Shown: positions 1-8,199 of the stretch, piece by piece | Layout: the number at the start of each line of letters is the position of its first letter | How positions within the stretch are numbered: the stretch's first letter is position 1 | Assembly: GCA_903829815.1 (NCBI GenBank) | Contig: CAIKRR010000059.1 | Coordinates: 15,624-79,623, forward strand | DNA length: 64,000 nucleotides | Source of the DNA: an uncultured Pseudomonadota bacterium | GTDB lineage: Bacteria > Pseudomonadota > Gammaproteobacteria > Burkholderiales > SG8-39 | Direction of reading: 5' to 3' | Translations under genes and position numbers: made by a program | Notes under the pieces: generated by a model | Databases searched by the model: none | Told to the model about the DNA's origin: nothing | Seen by the model: only the letters and a program-made list of their open reading frames with translations

Positions 1-330
1 GGCAATTTCTTCAGCCACTCGTACCGGATCGGGCCGGTTCGCGATCGGGATGCCAAGAGACATCAACCGTACCTTCTTCGTCGTGCGTGCCAGGACCGCC
101 AGGGGCAGCGTGCACGAGGCCGACATCGAGGTGGCCGTGGCATGGTGTTCGTTGATGAGGATGTTGATCCCGAGGTCATCACACATCTGCCACTGGTCGA
201 GGTACTGGTCGTACAGATCGGCAGCGATGCGCGGGTCGATGTGACTGTTGGGCAGCACGTTCTTCAGCGGACCAGGAACTGCGTCCCAGACCGGGTGATA
301 CGGCTGTTCGGTGAATTGCCAGACGCGCAC
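1..330 (-). CDS. LLM-class (luciferase-like) flavin-dependent oxidoreductase, 5' part only; the gene continues past the left edge
   Basis: Own translation of the minus strand from GTG at 330 (GGAG upstream): VRVWQFTEQPYHPVWD...DDLGINILINEHHATATSMSAS...RLMSLGIPIANRPDPVRVAEEIA. The NEHH and AEE motifs are typical of the family. Absent from the ORF track because the window edge truncates it. Confidence 0.6.
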   Translation of the reverse strand, partial: MRVWQFTEQPYHPVWDAVPGPLKNVLPNSHIDPRIAADLYDQYLDQWQMCDDLGINILINEHHATATSMSASCTLPLAVLARTTKKVRLMSLGIPIANRPDPVRVAEEIA

Positions 331-351
331 GATGATCTCCGATGATTGGGG

Positions 352-1197
352 TTAGAGCGATGCCTGAGCCTGCGCGCCAGCCAAAGCAGCGGTCGATGCA
401 GGAACGCAAGCAGGCAGCCCTGCGAAACGAACGATCTCGCTGGCGACCGCCGCAGGCTGCTCGACGCCCGGATAGTGGGCGGCGCCTGCGATCAACTGGA
501 AGACAGCCCCCGGAATGGCAGCGGCACAGGCACGACCATACTCGGCGCTGGCGATCTGATCGGCTTCACCCCACAACACGAGCGTGGGTACATCGATGCG
601 ATGAAGCCAGCGACGCAGGAGCGGATTGACCATGTAGGGCATCCAGCCAAAGAGGCTGAGTGACTCGCGGTTGCGCGCGGCTACCAGCAGTTCGTCATCG
701 CTCATCTGGGTCGCATTGCGTGCCCAGCGCTGCGGTTGGACCCAGCTGCGCCGCGCGACTTCATCAGGGTGAAGCGCGAAGAGGTCGGCAATTTCAACCG
801 CTGTCTCGTCGGCACTGAGGCGGACCCCGAGCGCGTCGATGAGCACCAGATGCCCGATGCGAGCGGTGCTGCGGATCGCCATCTCCTGCGCAATCCAGCC
901 ACCGAACGATGCACCCACCAGAACGATATCGTCGAGCCCAAGCTGATCGAGGAGATCGAGATGGAAGTAGGCCAGGTCATCAACATACCGAAACGCGCTC
1001 GGCAGCGCAGTATGACCGAACCCGGGATGCGAGGGTGCCAAGACCCTCGCCGAGTGAGAGAGCCCCTCGATCAAGGGCGCACAATGGACAAGCCCGTCCC
1101 CCGAGTGCAGAAAGACCACCGGTCTGCCCGAACCCTGCTCGAAGATTTCCGCCGAAACACCGTGGCATTGCACGGTCGACTCACTCAATGGCGCCAC
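352..1197 (-). CDS. alpha/beta-fold hydrolase
   Basis: 281-aa ORF with FLHSGDG, a GASFG nucleophile elbow (GxSxG) and a C-terminal AAHYP His. Its stop lies 21 nt upstream of the LLM start on the same strand. Confidence 0.8.
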   Translation of the reverse strand: MAPLSESTVQCHGVSAEIFEQGSGRPVVFLHSGDGLVHCAPLIEGLSHSARVLAPSHPGFGHTALPSAFRYVDDLAYFHLDLLDQLGLDDIVLVGASFGGWIAQEMAIRSTARIGHLVLIDALGVRLSADETAVEIADLFALHPDEVARRSWVQPQRWARNATQMSDDELLVAARNRESLSLFGWMPYMVNPLLRRWLHRIDVPTLVLWGEADQIASAEYGRACAAAIPGAVFQLIAGAAHYPGVEQPAAVASEIVRFAGLPACVPASTAALAGAQAQASL

Positions 1198-1344
1198 CCG
1201 AAACGTCTCCCCGCGTCAGCCCGAAGGCCTGCCGCAAACTCCTTGTGTTGCCCGATCTTATCAGCCTGGCGTGCACCCATCACGTCGCGCCGCTGAACGA
1301 TGCCTGCGAGACCGCCGAGCGACCGGCCGATGATTTCCTTGCTG

Positions 1345-2391
1345 CTACTGCAAGCCCAGAAGACCAAGGCTCTTGACGAGCGCTCCCCACTTTTCACTCT
1401 CGGCACGCATGTACTGTTGCACACCCTCGATCGAGGGTGTGGCATGCGGAATCAATCCAAGACCGTAAATACGCTGCTGGATGTCAGGGACGGCCATGAT
1501 GCGTTTCATGGCCTCATGCAGACGATTGACGATTTCACGCGGCGTTGCCGCGGGGACCTGCAGCACATGCCACCCCAGCGCTTCGAAATCGGCCACGCCC
1601 GAGGCCTCGGCAAACGAGGGCACCTCGGGCAGGGAAGGAAAGCGCGTGAGTGAAGAAACGGCCAGCGCTCGCAGCTTTCCGTCGCGGACGAGGGGCAGCG
1701 AAAGCCCGGCTTCAGCGAAGGCCATGTCGACATGACCTGCCACGACATCGGAGACGGCCTGGGGGCTGTTCTTGTACGGCACGTGCGTAATTTCGAGGCC
1801 GAACTTCTGCTTCATGAATTCCATCGCCAGATGCTGGGCAAGGCCCGCACCCGGGGTGCTGTAGCTGAGCGGCGACTTGCTCTCGCGAATTACCTTTACC
1901 AGGTCGGCCACGCTGCGCGCTGGCAGCGACGGATTGACGACGAGGACGAACGGCGAGTGCAGATAAAGCGCGATCGGTATGAAATCGCGGTCCGGGTCAT
2001 AGGCGACCTGCTTGTACAGAAACGGATTGATACTCATCGATGCGCTCGAGCCCACCAGCAAGGTCAGGCCATCCGGCGCCGCCCGGGCGACCTGTGCACT
2101 CGCCAGCATCATGGCAGCACCGGGCCGGTTCTCCACGATGACCGGCTTGCCGAGCGACTGCGCCAGACGCTCGGCATAGAGGCGCGCCACGGTGTCCATG
2201 CCGGTGCCTGCCGCCAGCGGCACGACGAGTGTGACGTTGCGTGATGGGTAGCTTGCGGCTGAGGGCTGTGCGCCGGCAGGCGTCGATCCAAACAGCAAGG
2301 CGATGACCGAGCAGACCGCAGCAGCTTTCGCGGGCTGACGGACACCTGCCAGACGCACCCGAAGGCACTTTAAACGCGAGAGCTTGAACAT
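1345..2391 (-). CDS. Bug/TctC-family tripartite tricarboxylate transporter substrate-binding protein
   Basis: Signal peptide followed by YPSRNVTLVVPLAAGTGMDTVARL...VIVENRPGAA...APDGLTLLV, the family signature. Start moved to the internal ATG (MFKLSRLK) at 2391; the ORF track extends to 2439. Confidence 0.85.
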   Translation of the reverse strand: MFKLSRLKCLRVRLAGVRQPAKAAAVCSVIALLFGSTPAGAQPSAASYPSRNVTLVVPLAAGTGMDTVARLYAERLAQSLGKPVIVENRPGAAMMLASAQVARAAPDGLTLLVGSSASMSINPFLYKQVAYDPDRDFIPIALYLHSPFVLVVNPSLPARSVADLVKVIRESKSPLSYSTPGAGLAQHLAMEFMKQKFGLEITHVPYKNSPQAVSDVVAGHVDMAFAEAGLSLPLVRDGKLRALAVSSLTRFPSLPEVPSFAEASGVADFEALGWHVLQVPAATPREIVNRLHEAMKRIMAVPDIQQRIYGLGLIPHATPSIEGVQQYMRAESEKWGALVKSLGLLGLQ

Positions 2392-2706
2392 GTCGGACCA
2401 CCCTGAAGCGTCGTCGGACAGATCATACCTCCCGACCAAGCCTCAATCACAGTACGTGCGAAACCCCGCCTCACCCGGCGGGAAGCCCCGCTCGGCAGCC
2501 AATTCCCAGGACCGCACACAGGCGGAGAGCCGCCCGCACCAGCGGTAGCGGGCGACACACCAGCGCGCGGGTCAGGCATGATTCGGCTGGCGCACCGGAC
2601 CTGACAGCAGCGCAGGCTCAGTCAGCCGCTTTTTGCGCCATGCATCGCCATGGCCCGCGCCGAATCGGATGATGACGATGATGAAGTCGATGACAGCGGT
2701 GGCGAA

Positions 2707-3966
2707 ATGACAGCAAGCCTGTCGCCCCCCTCGCAAAGCACCCGGTCCTTTGCCGCCCTGCGCAATCCGGACTACCGATCGTTCTTCCTGTCCAGCGCCA
2801 TCGCAATGACAGCCGACAACATCGAGCATGTCATCAGCTACTGGGTGATCTTCGAGAAATTCCAATCGGCAACGCTGGGGGGCATTGCGGTCATCACGCA
2901 CTGGATGCCCTTTCTGCTGCTGTCGGTCTGGGCAGGAGGTCTGGCCGATCGCTACCCGCGGCGGCGCATCATCCAGATCGCACAGGGCCTCTTCATGTTT
3001 GCCTCGCTCGCCTGGGGCGTACTGTTTCTCAGTGGCCACCTTGCCTACTGGCATGTGGTGGCCCTGCTCACGATACACGGCATGGCAGGCATGCTCTGGA
3101 CGCCTGCAGGACAGGTGATCCTCCACGAGATGGTGAAGCCCGAGGAACTGAGCAGCGCTGTCCGCTTGAATGCCACCGCGCGCACGCTGGGCATTCTGCT
3201 GGGGCCGGCCATCGGTGGGGGCCTGATGCTGGCGTTCGGCCCTGCCTGGGCCATTCTGGTGAATGCCATGCTGTTCATTCCAGCAATCGCCTGGTGCAGC
3301 TTCACGCGGTTCGGGCGCAACCGGCAGGCCGATGGCGCTGCTCCACCTCGACCGGGTCTGGGCGACATCCCCGCGACCCTTCGCACCGTACGCCATGATC
3401 GGCGCATCATCGCCATGCTCTTGCTGGGCGGTGCGGCATCGTTCTTCGTCAGCAATGCCTTCCAGGCCCAGATGCCCCAGTTTGCTCACGACCTGGGGGC
3501 GGAACGGGCCGACTTCTCATATACCCTGCTGCTGTCCTCCAACGCGGTCGGCGCCATCGTCGCGAGCATCGTGCTCGAGAGCCGCGGCATGCTGCGAGTG
3601 GCACCCAACACCGCGGCTACGCTGGTTTTGCTGTGGTGTCTGGCGATCATCGGCTTTGCGCTGTCGACCAGCTTCGTGGTCTCGGTCTGCATGATGTTCC
3701 TGGCCGGCTTCCTGATGCTGGCCTACAGCTCGATGGCACAGACCATCGTCCAGATGCATGCGCCTCCTGCCTCGCGAGGCCGGGTCATCGGACTGTTCAA
3801 CATGGCGGTCAACGGTCTGCGGACCTTCAGCGGCATCTCGGTGGGCTTGCTCGGTAGCCTGCTGGGGGTGCACTGGTCACTGGCACTGAGTGCCGTGACG
3901 CTGCTCGCAGTGACGCTGGCTCTGCGACTGACCCTGTGCCGCGAAGTCACCCCGCAAGCCTCGTGA
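2707..3966 (+). CDS. MFS transporter
   Basis: Multi-pass hydrophobic protein of about 420 aa with an MFS-like layout (FAALRNPDYRSFFLSSAI..., DRYPRRR loop between TM2 and TM3). Start uncertain: ATG 2707 is preferred over ATG 2650, which would add an acidic DDDDDEVDD leader. Confidence 0.75.
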   Translation: MTASLSPPSQSTRSFAALRNPDYRSFFLSSAIAMTADNIEHVISYWVIFEKFQSATLGGIAVITHWMPFLLLSVWAGGLADRYPRRRIIQIAQGLFMFASLAWGVLFLSGHLAYWHVVALLTIHGMAGMLWTPAGQVILHEMVKPEELSSAVRLNATARTLGILLGPAIGGGLMLAFGPAWAILVNAMLFIPAIAWCSFTRFGRNRQADGAAPPRPGLGDIPATLRTVRHDRRIIAMLLLGGAASFFVSNAFQAQMPQFAHDLGAERADFSYTLLLSSNAVGAIVASIVLESRGMLRVAPNTAATLVLLWCLAIIGFALSTSFVVSVCMMFLAGFLMLAYSSMAQTIVQMHAPPASRGRVIGLFNMAVNGLRTFSGISVGLLGSLLGVHWSLALSAVTLLAVTLALRLTLCREVTPQAS

Positions 3967-4036
3967 GGGGCTATGGGCAGGCGGCACAACACGGCTGAAG
4001 AAAGCCGCGAGGCGAGCGCTCGTCGATCAGGCCAGG

Positions 4037-4270
4037 CTAACGCCAGCCGCGGTGCCAACCACGTTCAGGGTGATGCCAGCCCCAGCCCTCGGAGGGGTGA
4101 TGCATCCACGACCAGTCGGGAGAGGGCTGCGCGTAATGGGGTGGCGCGTACATCACCCCGGGCGGGACAATGATCCCGTGCGGGGGATAGGCGGAGGGCG
4201 GTGCAACGATGCAGCCGGAGAGGCCGGCAAGGAGTATCGCCGCTGCCAGAGAGCGTCCCATCGGTGTCAT
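4037..4270 (-). CDS. small lipoprotein with a Pro/Trp/His-rich C-terminus
   Basis: Internal ATG at 4270 preceded by AAGGA. Lipobox LLAGLSGC, then PPSAYPPHG...DWSWMHHPSEGWGWHHPERGWHRGWR. The longer 161-aa track ORF has an implausible N-terminus. Confidence 0.6.
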   Translation of the reverse strand: MTPMGRSLAAAILLAGLSGCIVAPPSAYPPHGIIVPPGVMYAPPHYAQPSPDWSWMHHPSEGWGWHHPERGWHRGWR

Positions 4271-4409
4271 GGCTGAATCCTTGATCGAAGAACAAGACCT
4301 GCTTAACGCGCCTTCGATCAGCCTGACACACTCAGGCGTGAACGCCCATGCAACAGGATATTGCTTGCGCAATGACAGGTATCGCGCCGACGCGCTGGCC
4401 ACAGCCCGA

Positions 4410-4616
4410 TCAACCTGCAGGCGGAGACTTGCGAACCCAATTGACGATGAGCGTGATACCCAGCGCCCAAAAGACGGGCACGAAGAGCGCACTGAGTATG
4501 GCTTCGACCCAGGGCGACCCACTCGCCTGCGACATGGGCTCCCAGCGGATCACGAGAAAGATGAGTTCGGCAACGAGGCAGACGAGATAGACCCGCTTGT
4601 TCATCAAGGTATTCAT
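4410..4616 (-). CDS. small two-helix membrane protein (68 aa), function unknown
   Basis: Start at the ATG giving MNTLMNKRVYLVCLVAELIFLVIRW...WVEAILSALFVPVFWALGITLIVNWVRK, with two hydrophobic segments. The upstream part of the 120-aa track ORF looks non-coding. Confidence 0.5.
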   Translation of the reverse strand: MNTLMNKRVYLVCLVAELIFLVIRWEPMSQASGSPWVEAILSALFVPVFWALGITLIVNWVRKSPPAG

Positions 4617-4731
4617 GACGCCCCCTGGCTTGCCGCCGTGTCCCGGCGTGGGTGCCCGAAGTCTATCGCAGCCAGCCAGTGAGAGGTCGTACCTACCTCG
4701 GGCCGGAACCCTCGTGCCGGAGCAATCGAGG

Positions 4732-5529
4732 TCAGGCATGAAACGCCACGGCAAGCGCGGGCAGGGCTGCACACCAGGCCCAGAAGAAACGGTTCAGCCC
4801 AAAGTGCCAGTACACCATGAAATGAAAGACCGGGGCGACAGCGCACCATGCCAGTGCCCAGCGGGGTCCGCAGATCACGATGGGCACCGAACATTCCCAG
4901 AGGATGAAGACCCACGAGAGCACGCATGCAACGCGCTTGCCGCGAAACACACTGCTGCGATGCAAGGGCCCGTGCAGACCCCCCTCGAGCAGGCTGGTCA
5001 AGGCGCGCCCGGTGCGCCAGCCGCGATAACGCAACTTCACCACGCCCGACAGGAAGTACGACGTAAGGGTGTGAACGGCGATGTATCCGAGCCCGGAACG
5101 CCAGGCCATGGTCGCTCCCACCCAGGGCGTCGCAGCGTGTCCGATGAGAAGCCCGGTCACCACCACCAGCGTCATGAAGTCGCTGCCCCCATTGAACGCA
5201 CCGCGCCAGCGCACCAGGATGACGACCGTGCCCAGGAAGAGCACGAGCACCATCCAGGTATGGACAAAGCCCGCGAGCAGGCACACACCGAGCAACGCGC
5301 GCATGAGAAGGTGCGCGTGCCAGACGCGCTCGGTCTGGAGGACATCGAGCAGCGCGCGCAAGGCCGAGGGCGCCCGCGCGAGCTCTTCACGCTGGATCGC
5401 CCACTGCCACACACCCTCGCGCGCCAGGGGCGCCTCGAGACGCAGATATTCCGCTGTCTGGACGAGGAGACTCAGGGCCCATAGCACTTCGGTGAGTCTG
5501 ACTGCGCTCGACAGTGTCGAGAGACTCAC
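4732..5529 (-). CDS. HTTM-domain (vitamin-K-dependent gamma-carboxylase / SdpB-like) integral membrane protein
   Basis: Motifs RWRGAFNGGSDFMTLVV, SYFLSGVVKLRYRGWRTGRAL and FHFMVYWHFGLNRFFW are typical of HTTM proteins. Proposed GTG start at 5529 overlaps the upstream stop in a GTGA overlap. The track ORF extends to 5637 and would overlap the upstream gene by 112 nt. Confidence 0.7.
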   Translation of the reverse strand: MSLSTLSSAVRLTEVLWALSLLVQTAEYLRLEAPLAREGVWQWAIQREELARAPSALRALLDVLQTERVWHAHLLMRALLGVCLLAGFVHTWMVLVLFLGTVVILVRWRGAFNGGSDFMTLVVVTGLLIGHAATPWVGATMAWRSGLGYIAVHTLTSYFLSGVVKLRYRGWRTGRALTSLLEGGLHGPLHRSSVFRGKRVACVLSWVFILWECSVPIVICGPRWALAWCAVAPVFHFMVYWHFGLNRFFWAWCAALPALAVAFHA

Positions 5530-6080
5530 GACGTGTACTCGGGCGACGTCAGCACCTCGGTGCCTGCGAGCCCATCGTCGTAGGGCGGCACGAGACACAA
5601 CTGGAATTGCCAGGCGACAGGCGGCTCTTCGAGACACGAGGCGGCGACGCGCGCTCGCGCCAGTCTTGACACCAACCGGTAGGTGGGCAGACTCGCAACG
5701 GCAGCGCCATCGTCTGCCGCTTGAACATCTGCGCTCAGATGTTCAATGAGACTCTGCTCGACCAGCGCCAGATTGCCGGCCGGGTTGTGAAAGAGGGTCG
5801 ACAGCCGGCGCCTCGCACGGGGCCACCCGGGTTGCCAGTGGCTCCATTCACCGGCGCGGTTGCAATAGCGGGTGCACAGCACGGCCCGATGGGTGACACG
5901 ATGGTAGAAGCGCCAGTTCGGAAAGAAGCTGCGCAGCAGGTACAAGCCGCGCCCGTTGAAGACCGGGCCGCGAAACCACAAGGTCAGCACGAGAAACACC
6001 ACATAGACCAGCACGGCAAGCATCATCGCCAGGCCTGGCCAGCCGTGAGCAATCCCCTCGAGATCGGTCGACACGGGCAA
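5526..6080 (-). CDS. single-pass membrane protein, translationally coupled partner of the HTTM protein (possible SdpA-like)
   Basis: 184-aa ORF with an N-terminal TM (LAMMLAVLVYVVFLVLTLWF), then a FFPNWRFYH motif and a soluble domain. Its stop overlaps the HTTM start. Start ambiguous: TTG 6080, GTG 6074 or ATG 6029. Confidence 0.55.
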   Translation of the reverse strand: MPVSTDLEGIAHGWPGLAMMLAVLVYVVFLVLTLWFRGPVFNGRGLYLLRSFFPNWRFYHRVTHRAVLCTRYCNRAGEWSHWQPGWPRARRRLSTLFHNPAGNLALVEQSLIEHLSADVQAADDGAAVASLPTYRLVSRLARARVAASCLEEPPVAWQFQLCLVPPYDDGLAGTEVLTSPEYTS

Positions 6081-6104
6081 GGTTCGTTCGGCGATGGCGA
6101 AGGG

Positions 6105-7097
6105 CTACTCGGCCTGGATGCCGGCAGCCTTCACCACCTTGCCGATGCGCTCATGGTCGAGCCGGGCCCTTGCATCGAGGGCGGCACCGCTGATGGGCCA
6201 GGGCTCGGCACCCAGATTGGCAAAGCGTATCCGCAGGTCAGGTTGCGCCAGCACACGCGCCAGTGCCTGTGCCAGCCGCTCGGCAACCGGCGCAGGCAGA
6301 TGAGCCGGTCCATGCAGCGCCGACCAGAACTCGAGCACCGCCTCCGGAAAACCTGCCTCGGCAATGCTGGGCACATCGGGCACGGCAGCCACGCGTGTCG
6401 GCGAGAGCATGGCGAGCGGACGCACGCTGCCCGCGGTAAGGTACTGCATCACCGAAGGCAGGGTATCGATGGCAAGGGTAACGCGCCCCGCCACCACCTC
6501 CGGAAGGGCAAGACCCGCACTCTTGTAGGGCACGTGCGTCATCTCGACGCCCGCAGCCATGCCCAGCAGTTCGCCGGTCAGATGCCCGATGCTGCCGATA
6601 CCTGCCGAGCCGTAGGTGATACGACCCGGCGCCGCTCGGGCCAGTGCGATCACCTCGGCGACCGAACGGATGGATTGCTGAGAGCCCGTGGCCAGCATGC
6701 TGGTCGATCGCGCCACGCCACCGATCGCGGTGAAGGCAGTGGCCGGGTCATACGGAATCGACCGGAGCATATGCGGGGCTATTGAAAAAGCGCCGATGGT
6801 CGAGGCCATCAGGGTGTAACCATCGGGCGCAGCGCGGGCAATCAGGTCGGAGCCCACCGTGCCGGCAGCACCGGCGCGGTTCTCGACCACGAAAGGCTGC
6901 CCCAAGGCGTCACCCATGCGCTGGGCCAGCATGCGTCCGAGAATATCGGCGACGCCGCCCGCCGCGTAAGGAATGACGAGGCGCACTGCGCGGGTCGGAT
7001 AAGGGCTCGCACCGGCCGTCTGCGCGAAGGCGGGCGATGCAGCCAGCGTAACGAACGCCGACAGGACAGACATCGCGACAAGTCGATGCAGGTGCAT
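6105..7097 (-). CDS. Bug/TctC-family substrate-binding protein
   Basis: Start at the ATG giving MHLHRLVAMSVLSAFVTLAASPAFAQ, then YPTRAVRLVIPYAAGGVADILGR...VVENRAGAAG...APDGYTLM. The track ORF (to 7424) adds an implausible Arg/Ser-rich extension. Confidence 0.85.
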   Translation of the reverse strand: MHLHRLVAMSVLSAFVTLAASPAFAQTAGASPYPTRAVRLVIPYAAGGVADILGRMLAQRMGDALGQPFVVENRAGAAGTVGSDLIARAAPDGYTLMASTIGAFSIAPHMLRSIPYDPATAFTAIGGVARSTSMLATGSQQSIRSVAEVIALARAAPGRITYGSAGIGSIGHLTGELLGMAAGVEMTHVPYKSAGLALPEVVAGRVTLAIDTLPSVMQYLTAGSVRPLAMLSPTRVAAVPDVPSIAEAGFPEAVLEFWSALHGPAHLPAPVAERLAQALARVLAQPDLRIRFANLGAEPWPISGAALDARARLDHERIGKVVKAAGIQAE

Positions 7098-7134
7098 GAG
7101 ATTCGATCCGGACAGCCAGAACGGCCGATGGATG

Positions 7135-8199
7135 TCAGTCGGCCTTCGCCCCTGATCGTCGCACAACCTCGCGCCACTTGAGAATCTCTGTCTGCAGGAA
7201 ACCTGCCAGCTGCTCGGGTGTGCCACCCACGACCTCGGATGTGTCCTGTACCGCAAGCTGCTCGCGTGCAGCCGGCATCTGCAGGATGCGATTGAGCGCC
7301 TCGTTGAGCGTCTGGATGACATCGCGCGGTGTGCCCGCGGGGGCGAAATAGCCATACCAGCCAGCAGCCACCGCATTGGCGACGCCGGCCTCGCCCAGCG
7401 TGGGCACATCGGCCAGCGCGGCAAGGCGCCGCGCGCTGGTCACCGCCAACGCCCGCAACTTGCCCCCACGGATCTGCTGCAGCACATCGGTCGCGGTGCC
7501 AAAGAGCAGGTCCGTCTCGCCCGCCACCATGGCCAGCACGGCAGGGCCACTACCCTTGTAGGGGATGTGGGTCATGCGGATGCCGGCAGCCGCCGCAAAC
7601 ATTTCTGCCGCCAGATGCGCCGAGGTTCCCGACCCGGCAGAGCCGTAATTCATCGCGCCCGATCGGGCACGCTCCGAAGCGAGCAGATCGCTCAGACTGG
7701 CCCAGGTCGCACTCGGATGCACCACCAGCACATTGGGCGTGACGGCCACCAGAATCACCGGTGCAAAATCCCGCACCGGGTCATAGGGCAAGGTGGCAAA
7801 GAGACTCGGATTGATCGAATGCGGTCCGATGCCACCGACCATCACGGTGTAGCCGTTGGGTGCAGCCTTCGCGACGTATTCGGTGCCGATGATGCCACTG
7901 GCACCGACACGGTTCTCGACCACCACGGGCTGACCCAGCGCCTCGGCGAGGCGCGGCGCGGTGATGCGTGCGATCGAATCGTAGTAGCCACCCGCGGCAT
8001 AGGGCACCACAACCCGGATCGGCCGCGCCGGCCACGACGCTGCCGACTGTGCCACCGCAAGGGCGGGTGCCAGCAGCGCCACGAGCGCGAGCAGAACACC
8101 GGCATGCCGAGCGCCGAGCGCGCAGGCTCGCTCGGGCAACCCCAATCTGCCGAGAAGGCCCGGAATGCCAGCACGCCCCCATGACGATGACGACTTCAT
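7135..8199 (-). CDS. Bug/TctC-family substrate-binding protein
   Basis: WPARPIRVVVPYAAGGYYDSIARI...VVENRVGASG...APNGYTVM. The ATG overlaps the stop of the upstream Mo-enzyme gene (ATGA). Confidence 0.85.
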   Translation of the reverse strand: MKSSSSWGRAGIPGLLGRLGLPERACALGARHAGVLLALVALLAPALAVAQSAASWPARPIRVVVPYAAGGYYDSIARITAPRLAEALGQPVVVENRVGASGIIGTEYVAKAAPNGYTVMVGGIGPHSINPSLFATLPYDPVRDFAPVILVAVTPNVLVVHPSATWASLSDLLASERARSGAMNYGSAGSGTSAHLAAEMFAAAAGIRMTHIPYKGSGPAVLAMVAGETDLLFGTATDVLQQIRGGKLRALAVTSARRLAALADVPTLGEAGVANAVAAGWYGYFAPAGTPRDVIQTLNEALNRILQMPAAREQLAVQDTSEVVGGTPEQLAGFLQTEILKWREVVRRSGAKAD

